A stretch of DNA of 64,000 nt, taken from an uncultured delta proteobacterium. Its GTDB lineage: Bacteria > Desulfobacterota > Desulfobacteria > Desulfobacterales > QNYZ01. The DNA is taken from NCBI GenBank assembly GCA_963845145.1, contig CAWJQU010000017.1, positions 185,223 through 249,222 on the forward strand. Direction: 5' to 3'. Of the stretch, positions 1-10,998 are shown one piece after another. Each line of letters starts with the position of its first letter. The first letter of the stretch is position 1. A program made the translations under genes and the position numbers. The notes beneath the pieces are model-generated. The model saw nothing but the letters and a program-made list of their open reading frames with translations. It was not told the origin of the DNA and made no database searches.

Positions 1-543
1 GGCCCCGCCGCCCGGCATCATGCCCAGCCCGGCGGTTTTTAAAGCGATAATGGTTTCATCCAGGGACTGGCCGCTGATTTTTGCGAAATGGTCGATTTCC
101 ACAGCGGTAAAGGCCTTTACCGTCGCATCCGGCCGCAGGGTTTTAATGGTCTTAATCAGGTCCAGATAATAATCTAAGGGAAGATCCGGATGGAGCCCCC
201 CGACCACGTGCAGCTCCCGGACAGGCTCCTCGATGCGTTCTAACAAACGTTGCTTCACATCATCGATGGAAAGGGTAAAGGCCTTTGAATCGCCGTCATC
301 ACAGGCAAAGGCGCAAAACTGGCAGCGATTGGTGCAGACATTGGTGTAATTTAAATGCTGGTTATAGACCCAGTAGGCTGTATCTCCATGGCGACGACGT
401 CGCTCCCTGTCGGCCAGATAACCCAGTCCCATCAGATCACGGGTTTCGTATAGAGCGCGTCCGTCATCGAAATCGAGTCGTTGACCGTTTGCGATCTTTT
501 GGTCAATGGTTTTTAGTCGGTTGTCTGTATAATCCGGTGCCAT
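1..543 (-). CDS. mqnE: Aminofutalosine synthase (radical SAM, futalosine menaquinone pathway); runs off the window edge
   Basis: Not in the ORF track. Manual translation from ATG 543 gives MAPDYTDNRL...YNQHLNYTNVCTNRCQFCAF (CxxxCxxC)...HVVGGLHPDLP...VKAFTAVEI...GMMPGGGA, typical of the CofH/MqnE family. Confidence 0.8.
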   Translation of the reverse strand, partial: MAPDYTDNRLKTIDQKIANGQRLDFDDGRALYETRDLMGLGYLADRERRRRHGDTAYWVYNQHLNYTNVCTNRCQFCAFACDDGDSKAFTLSIDDVKQRLLERIEEPVRELHVVGGLHPDLPLDYYLDLIKTIKTLRPDATVKAFTAVEIDHFAKISGQSLDETIIALKTAGLGMMPGGGA

Positions 544-632
544 GATTTAAGATTTCAATGTGATCTAATATTAGTGAACCCGGTAAAAAGGAGCCCGATG
601 AAAGAAAGAATCGGCTTTTAGAGCCTGTTTAT

Positions 633-3600
633 TCAAGCGGCACTTCTTCCCTTATTCAATTCAGTATCACGGGTTAAATGGGGTTTAAATGATTGGTACA
701 AGGATGGATCCATGACGGCCTCATATCCCTGCAAACGGGCGACCACGATATGATCGGAATCAATAAACGTGAAATCTCCTGTTATTTTACGGGAGGTAAC
801 CTCGTTAACTTCAAGTATCACTTTCAACCCTTTGGAAGGAAAACGGCGGGAAAATTGACGGTATGAAGCCGTATAGCTAGGCAGCGATACCATGCCTTTT
901 TGCTCATAGCACCACACCGACGCCATTTGAAAGGCGGTATCCAAAGCCAGTGGATCCGCCAGCCATTCACTACGCAGCGGTTCGGTCATCCATTGATTCG
1001 GTTGAGGTGCTGTGCTGATTTCGGCCACCATGCCGTTTGCGGTGAGACCATTGATTTTTTTAAGTCCATGAAGGTGTTCCCCGTGAAAGAGAATTGTTTC
1101 ATAAACTTCATCAACACTTTTTGAATAGGGGACGGCGACCAATTCTTCAGGCGGATCATAAGTCGGTGCCGTGCCCAATGATTCTACCAAAATGGCCCGT
1201 CCTCGCGAGTGAATAACTTCAACACCGTCTTCCACCCCATCGCGCAACTCTATGGGAACCTCAAACCGGTTTTCCCGACGGCGGGCTTTACCGGCCATAA
1301 GGCGAATGGTTTTTGAAGCGACATCCATGCGAATCCCCTTTAAGAGGCGCATATCGTCAATACCATGTAGAATCAGACCGGGATTTTCATGCAGGGCGCC
1401 ATGACCAAACCATTCGGTCATCAGTGCAAAGGGAACCACCGGATGACCGTCAAGCACGTGAGAGTTCAACACCGGGTAATGAGGAAGGTCGACCTCCCGC
1501 CGAAAAGACAGGCTGAGCCCTTTGTCCAATTTTATCCGTGATTCTTTGGATGATGCCGTCATGCCGGCTTCTTTATCTTCAGTGTTGATCCGGCAGCCGA
1601 TGATTACTTCCACCGGGCCATTTGTACCGGCCCCCATCTCCCTTGCAAGACATTCGGCACCGATCTGAGTGGGGATTAACCCAACCCCGCGCTGCTCAAA
1701 CCGACGCTTCAGGGCCGGGGAAACCATACCGCATTCCCATGGCCCCCAGTTGATGGCGGTCACGGAACATTGATGACGGTTTTTGGCTTCAACCTGGGCG
1801 ATTTTATTTAACACCTCATTGGCCATGGCATAATCGGACTGGCCGATATTTCCGAAACGGGCGGTTACCGACGAAAAAAGCGCCAAATAGCGCAACATAT
1901 CCTTTTTAGTCGCATTGAGAAGGTTTCTAACGCCCTTGACCTTGGTGTTGAATACCGCTTCAAACGCATCGATCTTTTTGTCGATAATAAGACCATCACG
2001 CAGGATCCCGGCGCCGTGAATCAGAGCCGTAATCGGCCCAAGATCCGTGCGGACCCGATCAAGTGCGGGATCGACCTGTTTACCACGGGTGACATCCACG
2101 GAATAGTAGGTGGCCCTGACACCCGCATCATTTAAGGCATGAAGGGTTTGTTGAATCTCACGGTTGGTCGCGTGCCGATAAAACGCACGGTCCAACTCTT
2201 TTGGTGATGGCGACTGGCTTTTAAATTCGTGGGTTAGGATGGCTTTTTTTATTTCTGCGGGGTCCGTTAAAGCTTCCATCCATGAGGGTAATGCGGATGG
2301 CTGAGGCGAACGACCCAGCAGCGCAAAGGATGCGCCGGTTTTGCGGGCCAGGGCGATAACGCTCTCGGCGGTGATACCCCGTGCGCCCCCGCTGACGACG
2401 ACGACATCTTGGGCGGTCAATTCAGGCAAGCCATTCGGATATTCGGCATCGGTCAGGGGCAATTGATACTGCTCATCAAGGGCAAGATCAGGATGAAGGC
2501 CGACTTCGAGGGGAGATTGGCAATCCGTGCCTAACACTGCGCTTAAAAGGGATTGGGAGATGGCGTCAGGGTCTTCCCAGTTAGCCGCGACATCAATGGA
2601 ACGACAATGGACATGGGGCCACTCCATGGCAGCCGTTTTGATCAGGCCGGGAAGTGCGCCATGCATGGGTTGCGTCACCCCTTCACCCAAAAAACCGAAA
2701 GCCCCGTCCATGCGGCTGACACCAACCAAAATCGGTGGCGTATCCGTATCTGCTTGTGCCCACTGTTTCCCGACGGCCTGTGTAAGTAAAAAAAGGTTTT
2801 TAATATCTTTGGTGCCGACAGTTGCAGCGGCGGGTAGGATTGGAATAAATCCGCCGATGGACCCTTCTATCCGTTTTATGGCATCAGGGGCCAGTGGGAC
2901 TACGGCGGTGGTAATGTTTTGCTTCGAAAAGGCAGCGGCGAGGGCCTCGGCGAGGCCTTCACCATCGTCGGAGATCACGATGGTCCCGGGACGACGCAGT
3001 ATCTCCTTTTTTGGGGTCGCAGACTTTACGATTGTGGCGCAAACGATCTGGCGTTTAATTTCAGCTACCTGTTTTTCAACTTCTGGCATTTTTTCAATCG
3101 GTAAGCCTTGGTCTATCTCGGTCACCGGATCTTCATGTAAGGGTTGGTTTTTGCCTTCGGTTAAGTGCCCGACAATCTGCCCCAGGGTTTTTAATTCGCC
3201 CATATCTTCAGGGGAGACAGTCGGCAGGTGAGGCATCCGCTCTTCCATTGTAGACAAAATTTCCACGCGCTTGATGGAGTCGATGCCCAGGTCCGCCTCA
3301 ATGGCCATTTCGGGTTTGAGCATTTCCACCGGATAGCCGGTCAGCTCGCTAATGACATTAAAGAGCACCGGCTCGACATCTGTCGATTGCAGCTCTCCAG
3401 GCGTTGTATTAGATATCTCAGGTTGGGCCGGGTCAAAAACAGGCCCCTTGTTTAAATGGGTAACGATTTGACCGAGCGTTTTCAATTCGCCCATATCTTC
3501 AGGCGAAATAGTCGGTAGGTCGGGCATCCGTTCTTCCATGGTAGACAAGATTTCAACGCGCTTGATGGAATCGATACCCAGATCGGCCTCGATATTCATC

Positions 3601-6600
3601 TCTAGGTTGAGCATTTCCGACGGATAGCCGGTTAATTCGGCGACAACCTCAAAGAGGGTCTCGGCCAGAGTGTTCGATGCGGTAACCCCGGGCGCCTCAT
3701 CTACTGTATCCGGTATCACGTCAGGTGGCACGCCTGGTTTGGATGAATCACCAAGAGAGGGATGCGTATCGTTTTGAACGGCTGGCGGTTGCGATGATGG
3801 CAACGCATCCGGCTGACGATTAAGTTCGAAAGCGGTAGGATCAGATCGGTCTGGTCGACCGGTTTCCGGCGTGGTGTCGGAGCCGGTGATACCGGAAGAC
3901 TTGGCCACCGGTCGCGTTCGTAACACCAGTGATTCAAGGATGCGTCCGGCTTCAGCCTGAGTTTCAAGGAAAAGTTCATGGGCTTTGGCCGTGCGAACTT
4001 GAATTTCCCGCATGGATCGTAGCCCTTCCTGTATCACGCCCAATGACTGGGAAACTTCATCCCTGTTGGGGGCCTGGCTCAGGGACCGCTTGGTGCTGAA
4101 TGATTGTGCGTTCCCAGGTTTGTTGGTCGTCTGTTTTTCCATTGGATCCTTTTTCAACAGCGGCTTATCGATAGTTGCTTCATTGACGTTTAATTCTACG
4201 ACGTTTAATTCTACTATGGGTGCCGAATCTTTGTTTATGGACGGACGGTTTTTTGATGACGGATTGGTAATATTGGCACCCCCGATCGGAATTTTCATGA
4301 TCGGCTTTCGGGGTTTTCCTGTCGGCGGAGGGGTTTCCCATCGGTCCAGCTGGACTTTGTAACCCAAGGCAGACAAATGGCAAAGACATTTTGCCAGATC
4401 GGTCAGACCGGATTTTTTACCGCCGGAGGCATCCACCGCCATGACGGTATGGCCTTTTTTCCTCAATATTTGCCGAATCAGTCCAGTTAAAACGGTTTTT
4501 GGCCCGACTTCAACAAATGTGTTAATACCGTCTTTATACTGGTTTTTTATGTCGGCAACGAAGTCGACCGGGTTGATAATCTGGTTTCCCAAAAGATCAC
4601 GGGCAGCCTTTGGGTCAGTGGGATAAGTTTCACCGGTGGTATTTGAATAAACCGGGATATCCGTTGGCGTCAGCTCAATATCTTCGAGCAGGTTACGAAA
4701 CGGCTTTTGCGCATCGGCCACCAGTCGACTGTGAAACGCAGCGGCCACCGGTAACTGAATGGCTCTGAATTTGGCCGCGCGACATTTTTCGGCAGCGATT
4801 TCGATGGCCGGGGTACTGCCGGACAATACCCCTTGAGAAGGGCTATTGCGATTGGCTAAAATGACATCGGAATCCAGAGAATTTACCAGGGAATCGAGCT
4901 TTTCCAGATCGGCTTTTACGGCCAACATGGTACCCGGGTCGCCATCCGTGTTATTTCCGGCAATAGCCATCAGCTTCCCGCGGGCGATAGAGGTTTTGCA
5001 AAATCCTTCGGGTTTAAGCCATCCCCCGGCCAGTAAAGCGGGCAGCTCGCCATAACTATGACCGCATACGCTGTCTGGCGATATGCCAAAAGACGATAAA
5101 ATTCGAAACATGCCCATGCTAATGGCACCGATAGCGGGCTGGGCGATATCCGTGGATCGAAGTTTTTCCTCCTGGCGAGACTTATGATCTTTGGTTGTGG
5201 CCGGGTACGGATAGATGAAATCGCTTACCCGTCGATCATCGCCATAGGCGCGGTTAAATTTTTCCATGGCATCGAGGGCCTCGGGAAAGATGCACAAGAG
5301 GTCTTGGCCCATATTGATATATTGGCTGCCCTGGCCGGGAAATACGAAGGCCAGTTTGCCTTCCGGCGAACCGCTACCAAAATAAATATTTCCCGAATTC
5401 CAGCTTTTTCGTTCCGGTTCGTCAGCGGTTAGCGCTGTGGTCGCTTCTTCGATAAACGATGCCACTTGGGTATTAATATCGCCCAAACAATCAACAACAC
5501 CAAGAAGCCGATAGGTCTTGGCGGAATCGAAGGCAATTCGACTTCGGCCGGCAAAGGCTGCGAGTTCATCTGCGGTCAACCCCTCAAGGGTGTTTGCCTT
5601 CCAATCCGATAGGGTTGCGACCATTTCATCGATGGTATCGGCAGACAATGAAATGATTTCCACACTCCCATCCCAGGCAGTTTCCAGTTTATCGGGACGA
5701 TACTCTTCCATGACCACATGAAAGTTACTGCCGCCAAAGCCGAAAGCGGAGACACCGCTACGGCGGGGGTGGCTTGATGAGGAGAGCCAGGGACGTGCGG
5801 TTGTATTTAAATAAAAGTGGCTTTTTTCAATATTCAGATCCGGATCCGGGGATTCGGCTTTAAGGGTGGGGGGTAATGTTTTGTGGTGCAGGGCCAAAGC
5901 GGTTTTAATCAGACCTGCCGTTCCGGCCGCGGCTTTGGTATGGCCGATCATGGATTTAACCGCTCCCAGAGCGCAGCGTTTCCTGGGGGTGTCTTTAGTT
6001 TGGGGCGCAGAAGAAAACACTTCGGTTAACGTCTGAAACTCCGTTTGATCCCCCACTCTAGTACCGGTGCCGTGGGCCTCGATCAGATCAATGGTGTCCG
6101 GGGTGATGGCGGCCAGATCGTAGGCCATATTCAATGCCTTGGCTTGGCCTTCCTTTCGAGGGGCGTAAATACTTTGGGAGCGACCGTCACTAGATGTCCC
6201 TACAGCGTGAATGACTGCATAAATCCGATCCTTATCCCGTTCGGCATCCGCCAGGCGTTTTAGGGCAATGATACCGACCCCTTCGCCCAGTAACGTACCG
6301 TCGGCTTTTTCAGAAAAGGGGCGCACATCCCCGGTGGGAGAGAGAATGCCCGTCTGTCCGAAACACATATGCATAAAGATATCGTTTAGGGTGTCCACGC
6401 CCCCGGTCAACACCATGTCGCAGCGTTGGGCGGCGAGCTCCAGCGTGGCCAGGTGAACGGCACTCATAGAGCTGGCACAGGCCGCGTCTACCACGCAGTT
6501 GGTTCCGCCCAGATCGAGGCGGTTACAAATGCGGCCGGCGACGACATTGCCCAGTAATCCCGGGAATGAATTTTCCTGCCAGGAGACATACGATTCGGAA

Positions 6601-7121
6601 AGTCGCTGAACAACCTCTTCAGCTTTGTCCTCGGACACTCCGGCATCTTTTAATGCCTTACGCCATTTTGGTTGGCCCAGGCGGGCGCCCAAAGGAATAA
6701 CCAGTTCCTGGGTGCCGGTCACCCCAAGGATCACACTGGTGCGATCCCGATTGAAAGACCGTCCCGTTTCCCCATAGCCGGCATCCTCCAGCGCTGTCTT
6801 AGCCGCAACCAGGCCGAGAAGTTGCGAGGTATCGGTGGCTTCAAGGATATTCGGTGGAATGCCGTATTCGGTGGGGTCGAAATCAATGGGGGACAGGAAC
6901 CCCCCGCGGGAGCAGTAGATTTTATCTTTAGCCCTGGGATCGGTATCGAAATACTCCTCGATGGACCAATGGGTATCCGGCACGTCGGTAATGGCATCGA
7001 TCCCCTGAAATAATAATCGCCAGAATGCCTTTAATCCGGATGCTTTGGGAAAAAGGCAGCCTATGCCGATTATGGCGACGGGTGTATTGACGGGTTTTGT
7101 CGGTTGTGTTGTTTTTTTCAT
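633..7121 (-). CDS. pfaA: PfaA-like iterative type I PKS / PUFA synthase subunit (KS-MAT-ACP-ACP-KR-DH)
   Basis: KS DAACASS, EAHGTGT, GHTKAAAG; AT GHSYG, AFHS; two ACPs LGIDSIKRVEIL; KR GGARGIT, YAMAN; DH HVLDGHPVVP. Confidence 0.9.
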   Translation of the reverse strand: MKKTTQPTKPVNTPVAIIGIGCLFPKASGLKAFWRLLFQGIDAITDVPDTHWSIEEYFDTDPRAKDKIYCSRGGFLSPIDFDPTEYGIPPNILEATDTSQLLGLVAAKTALEDAGYGETGRSFNRDRTSVILGVTGTQELVIPLGARLGQPKWRKALKDAGVSEDKAEEVVQRLSESYVSWQENSFPGLLGNVVAGRICNRLDLGGTNCVVDAACASSMSAVHLATLELAAQRCDMVLTGGVDTLNDIFMHMCFGQTGILSPTGDVRPFSEKADGTLLGEGVGIIALKRLADAERDKDRIYAVIHAVGTSSDGRSQSIYAPRKEGQAKALNMAYDLAAITPDTIDLIEAHGTGTRVGDQTEFQTLTEVFSSAPQTKDTPRKRCALGAVKSMIGHTKAAAGTAGLIKTALALHHKTLPPTLKAESPDPDLNIEKSHFYLNTTARPWLSSSSHPRRSGVSAFGFGGSNFHVVMEEYRPDKLETAWDGSVEIISLSADTIDEMVATLSDWKANTLEGLTADELAAFAGRSRIAFDSAKTYRLLGVVDCLGDINTQVASFIEEATTALTADEPERKSWNSGNIYFGSGSPEGKLAFVFPGQGSQYINMGQDLLCIFPEALDAMEKFNRAYGDDRRVSDFIYPYPATTKDHKSRQEEKLRSTDIAQPAIGAISMGMFRILSSFGISPDSVCGHSYGELPALLAGGWLKPEGFCKTSIARGKLMAIAGNNTDGDPGTMLAVKADLEKLDSLVNSLDSDVILANRNSPSQGVLSGSTPAIEIAAEKCRAAKFRAIQLPVAAAFHSRLVADAQKPFRNLLEDIELTPTDIPVYSNTTGETYPTDPKAARDLLGNQIINPVDFVADIKNQYKDGINTFVEVGPKTVLTGLIRQILRKKGHTVMAVDASGGKKSGLTDLAKCLCHLSALGYKVQLDRWETPPPTGKPRKPIMKIPIGGANITNPSSKNRPSINKDSAPIVELNVVELNVNEATIDKPLLKKDPMEKQTTNKPGNAQSFSTKRSLSQAPNRDEVSQSLGVIQEGLRSMREIQVRTAKAHELFLETQAEAGRILESLVLRTRPVAKSSGITGSDTTPETGRPDRSDPTAFELNRQPDALPSSQPPAVQNDTHPSLGDSSKPGVPPDVIPDTVDEAPGVTASNTLAETLFEVVAELTGYPSEMLNLEMNIEADLGIDSIKRVEILSTMEERMPDLPTISPEDMGELKTLGQIVTHLNKGPVFDPAQPEISNTTPGELQSTDVEPVLFNVISELTGYPVEMLKPEMAIEADLGIDSIKRVEILSTMEERMPHLPTVSPEDMGELKTLGQIVGHLTEGKNQPLHEDPVTEIDQGLPIEKMPEVEKQVAEIKRQIVCATIVKSATPKKEILRRPGTIVISDDGEGLAEALAAAFSKQNITTAVVPLAPDAIKRIEGSIGGFIPILPAAATVGTKDIKNLFLLTQAVGKQWAQADTDTPPILVGVSRMDGAFGFLGEGVTQPMHGALPGLIKTAAMEWPHVHCRSIDVAANWEDPDAISQSLLSAVLGTDCQSPLEVGLHPDLALDEQYQLPLTDAEYPNGLPELTAQDVVVVSGGARGITAESVIALARKTGASFALLGRSPQPSALPSWMEALTDPAEIKKAILTHEFKSQSPSPKELDRAFYRHATNREIQQTLHALNDAGVRATYYSVDVTRGKQVDPALDRVRTDLGPITALIHGAGILRDGLIIDKKIDAFEAVFNTKVKGVRNLLNATKKDMLRYLALFSSVTARFGNIGQSDYAMANEVLNKIAQVEAKNRHQCSVTAINWGPWECGMVSPALKRRFEQRGVGLIPTQIGAECLAREMGAGTNGPVEVIIGCRINTEDKEAGMTASSKESRIKLDKGLSLSFRREVDLPHYPVLNSHVLDGHPVVPFALMTEWFGHGALHENPGLILHGIDDMRLLKGIRMDVASKTIRLMAGKARRRENRFEVPIELRDGVEDGVEVIHSRGRAILVESLGTAPTYDPPEELVAVPYSKSVDEVYETILFHGEHLHGLKKINGLTANGMVAEISTAPQPNQWMTEPLRSEWLADPLALDTAFQMASVWCYEQKGMVSLPSYTASYRQFSRRFPSKGLKVILEVNEVTSRKITGDFTFIDSDHIVVARLQGYEAVMDPSLYQSFKPHLTRDTELNKGRSAA

Positions 7122-7141
7122 CGATGCAATAATCGGCTTTT

Positions 7142-8821
7142 CTATGCGTTAAGGTATTGTTTGATTTGATTGGGTCGCTGGGGCTGGACGTTGCCAAGTG
7201 TCGTTGGCAGTTGGGCCCCCTGGTTGCGTAGGTGCTGAAAACGGTGGATCACCGCTGCGCCAAACATGAAATTGTCGGCGATGACCGTAACACTCCGATT
7301 ATCCACGGCCTCTAAAAAGGATCCCTTGACCCAAGCGTTAAAGGCCCCCATACCGGGACCGCACCAGATCTGATAGTCGAGCCGTCGATCGGCGATACCC
7401 GAGTTGGCCCAATGAGACGATTGTCCCAGGTATGAGCGAAAAACAAGCGCCATTTTATGCTTGGGGCTTTTTTCGGCCCGTTTGATTTGACGCGGATCTC
7501 TTTGGGTAAAAAAAACTTTGGTTGTTTTCCACTCATCTTCAAACGATTTTTTAAACAGGGTTTGTTCTACCCATTGGCGATTTTCTTTCGAAATCGATTC
7601 GTACGATTCATGCCCGGTATACAGGTCATAGAGTTTTCGAGCGCGCATGGGAAACAGCGTCCCCCGTTTCAAGACCTGAACATTGACACCTAATTCAAAC
7701 ATATCCGCTGACGGCGCCATTATGACATCCGCTTGTTGGGCTTCAGCCAACATTTGCCGGGCGGCCGGTGATGACCCCGCCTCTCGGCAGGCTTGATTTA
7801 CAGACCCGGTCAGCACAAACGCCGCGCCCATGGCAAAAGCGGCGGCCGTTGAAGCCGGGGTAGCGATTCCGCCGGCCAGCCCCACACAAGGTGTGCGCTG
7901 ATAATCGAACTGTTTCGCTAACGCGTCTCTTAGAGATATCATGGTCGGTAATAGTGCCAGTGCCGGTCGGTTGTCGGTATGGCCGCCTGAATCCGCTTCA
8001 GCCGTGATATCGTCGGCTGTGGGTATTTTTTGAGCTATCCGGGCTTCATCCGGTGTGATCAGGCGATCGGCAAGTAGCTTTTCAATATGCTTTCGAGGCG
8101 GTGGGCTCAAAAATTGCCGGGCCACCTCTTCTCTGGATACCTTGGCGATGATCCGGTTAGGACAAATAATCCCTCCGTCGGCGTCTTCGCGTAACCCCTT
8201 AGCGCGGAAGTAAGTGACCGGCAACGTGACATTCATAAACGCCGAAGCGCTGACCAGACGAATCTGCCGATTCAGATAAAGCCTGACAGTTTCCATTTCG
8301 AGGCCTGGGTCGGCGGGTGAATGGATTAAATTGACGCCGAAGGTCATCGCGTGCCGGCTTTGGGATTTTTGCAGTTGATGAATGGCCGTATCGATTTTGG
8401 CCAGGGACAAGCCCCCCGCACCGAAAAAAGCGAGCAGCCCATGGCGACCCGCTTTCTCAACCATAGTCACCGAGGAGATGCCATTGGCCATAGCGCCGAC
8501 GAGATAGGCATACTGTAACCCATAGTAGGCTTTAAAATCCGAATCACCCAGGTTTTCAGGCAACAGGCCGGGCGCATAACCGATGATGGGTAAATCCTGC
8601 GGTCCGGGAGAAGATTTTTCACCGATAACCATGGATCCCTCGTGGCTGACGGCGAGATCGTTGTTGTACCGAACCAGGTAAACAGGCCGGCGTAAATGCC
8701 AGAGCGCATTGCGAACGGCTGCGACACCCGTGGCAGGCGTCACACCTCGGTGATGCCAGGTCCCGAGTGCGGGATTTTCTTGTGCGGTCAATGCGGTCGC
8801 CAATTGATGTGCTAAGGCCAT
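7142..8821 (-). CDS. pfaD: PfaD-family enoyl reductase
   Basis: GAMANGI, EADSGGHTDNRP, AAAFAMGA, DMFELGVNVQVLKRGTLFPMRA, DYQIWCGP motifs. Confidence 0.93.
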   Translation of the reverse strand: MALAHQLATALTAQENPALGTWHHRGVTPATGVAAVRNALWHLRRPVYLVRYNNDLAVSHEGSMVIGEKSSPGPQDLPIIGYAPGLLPENLGDSDFKAYYGLQYAYLVGAMANGISSVTMVEKAGRHGLLAFFGAGGLSLAKIDTAIHQLQKSQSRHAMTFGVNLIHSPADPGLEMETVRLYLNRQIRLVSASAFMNVTLPVTYFRAKGLREDADGGIICPNRIIAKVSREEVARQFLSPPPRKHIEKLLADRLITPDEARIAQKIPTADDITAEADSGGHTDNRPALALLPTMISLRDALAKQFDYQRTPCVGLAGGIATPASTAAAFAMGAAFVLTGSVNQACREAGSSPAARQMLAEAQQADVIMAPSADMFELGVNVQVLKRGTLFPMRARKLYDLYTGHESYESISKENRQWVEQTLFKKSFEDEWKTTKVFFTQRDPRQIKRAEKSPKHKMALVFRSYLGQSSHWANSGIADRRLDYQIWCGPGMGAFNAWVKGSFLEAVDNRSVTVIADNFMFGAAVIHRFQHLRNQGAQLPTTLGNVQPQRPNQIKQYLNA

Positions 8822-8926
8822 ATTTTTCCAATTTTGCCGATAATATTATAAACTATATACTATCGTATTTTTATGCTTTTTTGTCAAGATTCGAGCCGTG
8901 AAATAATGGATGGCGGTTTTGAGTTT

Positions 8927-9823
8927 TTAATTCCGTGGATGATATCGTCGATGGATCTGGATCAAATGGTCCCGGGCAACGTGTGTATAGATCTGGGTCG
9001 TGCTGATATCCGTATGACCCAGCATGATTTGAACGGCCCTAAGATCAGCCCCGCCTTCGAGCAGATGGCTGGCAAAACTGTGCCGCAGGCTATGGGGGGT
9101 GATTTCCTTGATCAGGCCACAGGATCGAACGTAGCGTTTTAAAAGTTTCCAAAATCCCTGACGCGTCATGGGGTTTCCCGCCCGGGCAACAAAAAGGTAT
9201 TCACTGACACATGATTTTAACAGCAGTGGCCGGGCTGTTAAGAGATATTGATCGATGCGGTCGTGCGCATGGCTGCCGATGGGAACGATTCGTTCCTTGG
9301 CACCCTTTCCAAAAACGCGCACAAAACCAGCTTCCAGATTGACATTGATTGTTTTAAGGCGGACCAGCTCGGAAACACGCAGTCCGGCGGCATAAACGGT
9401 TTCAAGCATGGCGGCATCGCGTATTCCGGCAGGTCGGGTAAGATCCGGTGCGGTGAGCAATTGCCGGACCTCTTCAATGGACAGGACATCGGGTAGTTTT
9501 AAGGTCGTTTTAGGCAAATCGACGTTGCGCGTTGGATCGCTTCCGATCACATCGATATGGACCAAGTGTTTGAAAAACCCTCTTAGCGCGACCAGGTGAC
9601 GGGCTCTTGATTTTGGAGATAATCCATCATTTCTTAAGGCAATAATGTACTTTAAAATGGTTGATGCCTTGACGGCACGAGGGTGATTGATTTTTTGCGG
9701 TTTGAGGTAGGCGTCAAAACGGGAAAGGTCACGAAAATAGGCCTCAACCGTATTTTCCGACAACCCCTTTTCGGTGACCAGATGGTTTAAATAGCGGTCA
9801 ATATGCGGATTAAAGGCAGACAT
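8927..9823 (-). CDS. xerD: Site-specific tyrosine recombinase XerD
   Basis: YAAGLRVSEL, GKGAKERIVP, TPHSLRHSFASHLLEGGADLRAVQIMLGH, TTQIYTHV. Confidence 0.93.
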   Translation of the reverse strand: MSAFNPHIDRYLNHLVTEKGLSENTVEAYFRDLSRFDAYLKPQKINHPRAVKASTILKYIIALRNDGLSPKSRARHLVALRGFFKHLVHIDVIGSDPTRNVDLPKTTLKLPDVLSIEEVRQLLTAPDLTRPAGIRDAAMLETVYAAGLRVSELVRLKTINVNLEAGFVRVFGKGAKERIVPIGSHAHDRIDQYLLTARPLLLKSCVSEYLFVARAGNPMTRQGFWKLLKRYVRSCGLIKEITPHSLRHSFASHLLEGGADLRAVQIMLGHTDISTTQIYTHVARDHLIQIHRRYHPRN

Positions 9824-9860
9824 ACATTCCGTTAATATTCGCTAAGTAAAATCAGGAGTG

Positions 9861-10973
9861 TTAAATGACGTAATCATCTAACCCCAGATGGGTGAGCACC
9901 TCTACACCATCTTCGGTTACAACCACTTGATTTTCGAGTCGTACGCCTCCCCAGCCGGGGATGTAAATGCCAGGCTCAACCGTACAGATCATACCCGGAG
10001 CCAGCACTGAATCGCTGGTGGGGCCCAGACGCGGTTTCTCATGAATGGCCAGTCCGGTTCCATGACCGAGGCCATGGTTGAATTTATCGCCGAATCCGGC
10101 GGCTTCAATATGGGATCGGGCAATAGCGTCGACCGCTTGGCCGCTTATACCCGGCCTTATAGCAGCAATCGCTTTTTCCTGAGCACGTTGAACCTCTTGG
10201 TAGACAGTCACGAATTTTTTTTCCGGCGGGCCAAGGATGACGGTTCGCGATGTATCCGAACAATAGCCTTCAACCCGGGCCCCCCAATCAAAGAGGATCG
10301 GTTCGGCCGGCTTGATTTTGCGATTTCCAGGAATCGCATGGGGTAGGGCGCTGTTGGGGCCGGCGGCTACGATTACAGAAAAAGAGAGCCCTTCCGGGCA
10401 CACCTCGCGAATTCGTTGCTCGAAGTCCCAGGCAACTTCTCTTTCCGTCATGCCCGCCCGCAAGGTCGGGAGAAGATCGGTATACGCAGTTTCGGCAAAG
10501 GCCAGTGCCTGGCGCGTATGTTCAATCTCTTCGCTATCTTTTATGATACGCAGGGATTCTATCAAATCGACCGTCGGTATGAGATTGGTGTTCAATCCTG
10601 CCTTTCGTATCAAGTCTTGAATTTTTTCGAAATGGGCAACGGGCAGCCGGGCCGCTTCAAACCCCACGTCCTTGGCATTTAAATCGGCGAGAATACCGGG
10701 TAGGGCCTGAGGTAACCCTTTATCGTAGGTAACCACATGATAGTCCGGTGCTTCCGTGTTTGCCTGAAGGGTGTAACGGCCGTCGGTAGCCAATAGAAGT
10801 TGGTCTGATTTGATGAACAGGGCACCGGCGGTTTCGTCAAATTGACCGTCATCACCGGTAAAGCCGCTTAAATAACGACGATTTTCCTGTATACTGACCA
10901 TTAGCGTATCGATTTGTGCGGTAGCAAAACGCGCTCTGATTTTCTGTATTCTTTCGTGGATGCGATTATTCAT
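9861..10973 (-). CDS. Xaa-Pro aminopeptidase/dipeptidase (M24 family)
   Basis: Creatinase-like N-terminus; YCSDTSRT, HGLGHGTGLAIHE, TVEPGIY, GGVRLE. Confidence 0.9.
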   Translation of the reverse strand: MNNRIHERIQKIRARFATAQIDTLMVSIQENRRYLSGFTGDDGQFDETAGALFIKSDQLLLATDGRYTLQANTEAPDYHVVTYDKGLPQALPGILADLNAKDVGFEAARLPVAHFEKIQDLIRKAGLNTNLIPTVDLIESLRIIKDSEEIEHTRQALAFAETAYTDLLPTLRAGMTEREVAWDFEQRIREVCPEGLSFSVIVAAGPNSALPHAIPGNRKIKPAEPILFDWGARVEGYCSDTSRTVILGPPEKKFVTVYQEVQRAQEKAIAAIRPGISGQAVDAIARSHIEAAGFGDKFNHGLGHGTGLAIHEKPRLGPTSDSVLAPGMICTVEPGIYIPGWGGVRLENQVVVTEDGVEVLTHLGLDDYVI

Positions 10974-10998
10974 TCTTTACACCGGTCTGATATTTTGG

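Noticed and set aside
285..7013. Plus-strand ORFs antisense to mqnE/pfaA, and similar shadow ORFs across the window
   Set aside because: They overlap well-supported genes and carry no motifs
8927..9823. Tyrosine recombinase as the integrase of a pfa island
   Set aside because: Typical housekeeping XerD motifs and length; no att sites seen
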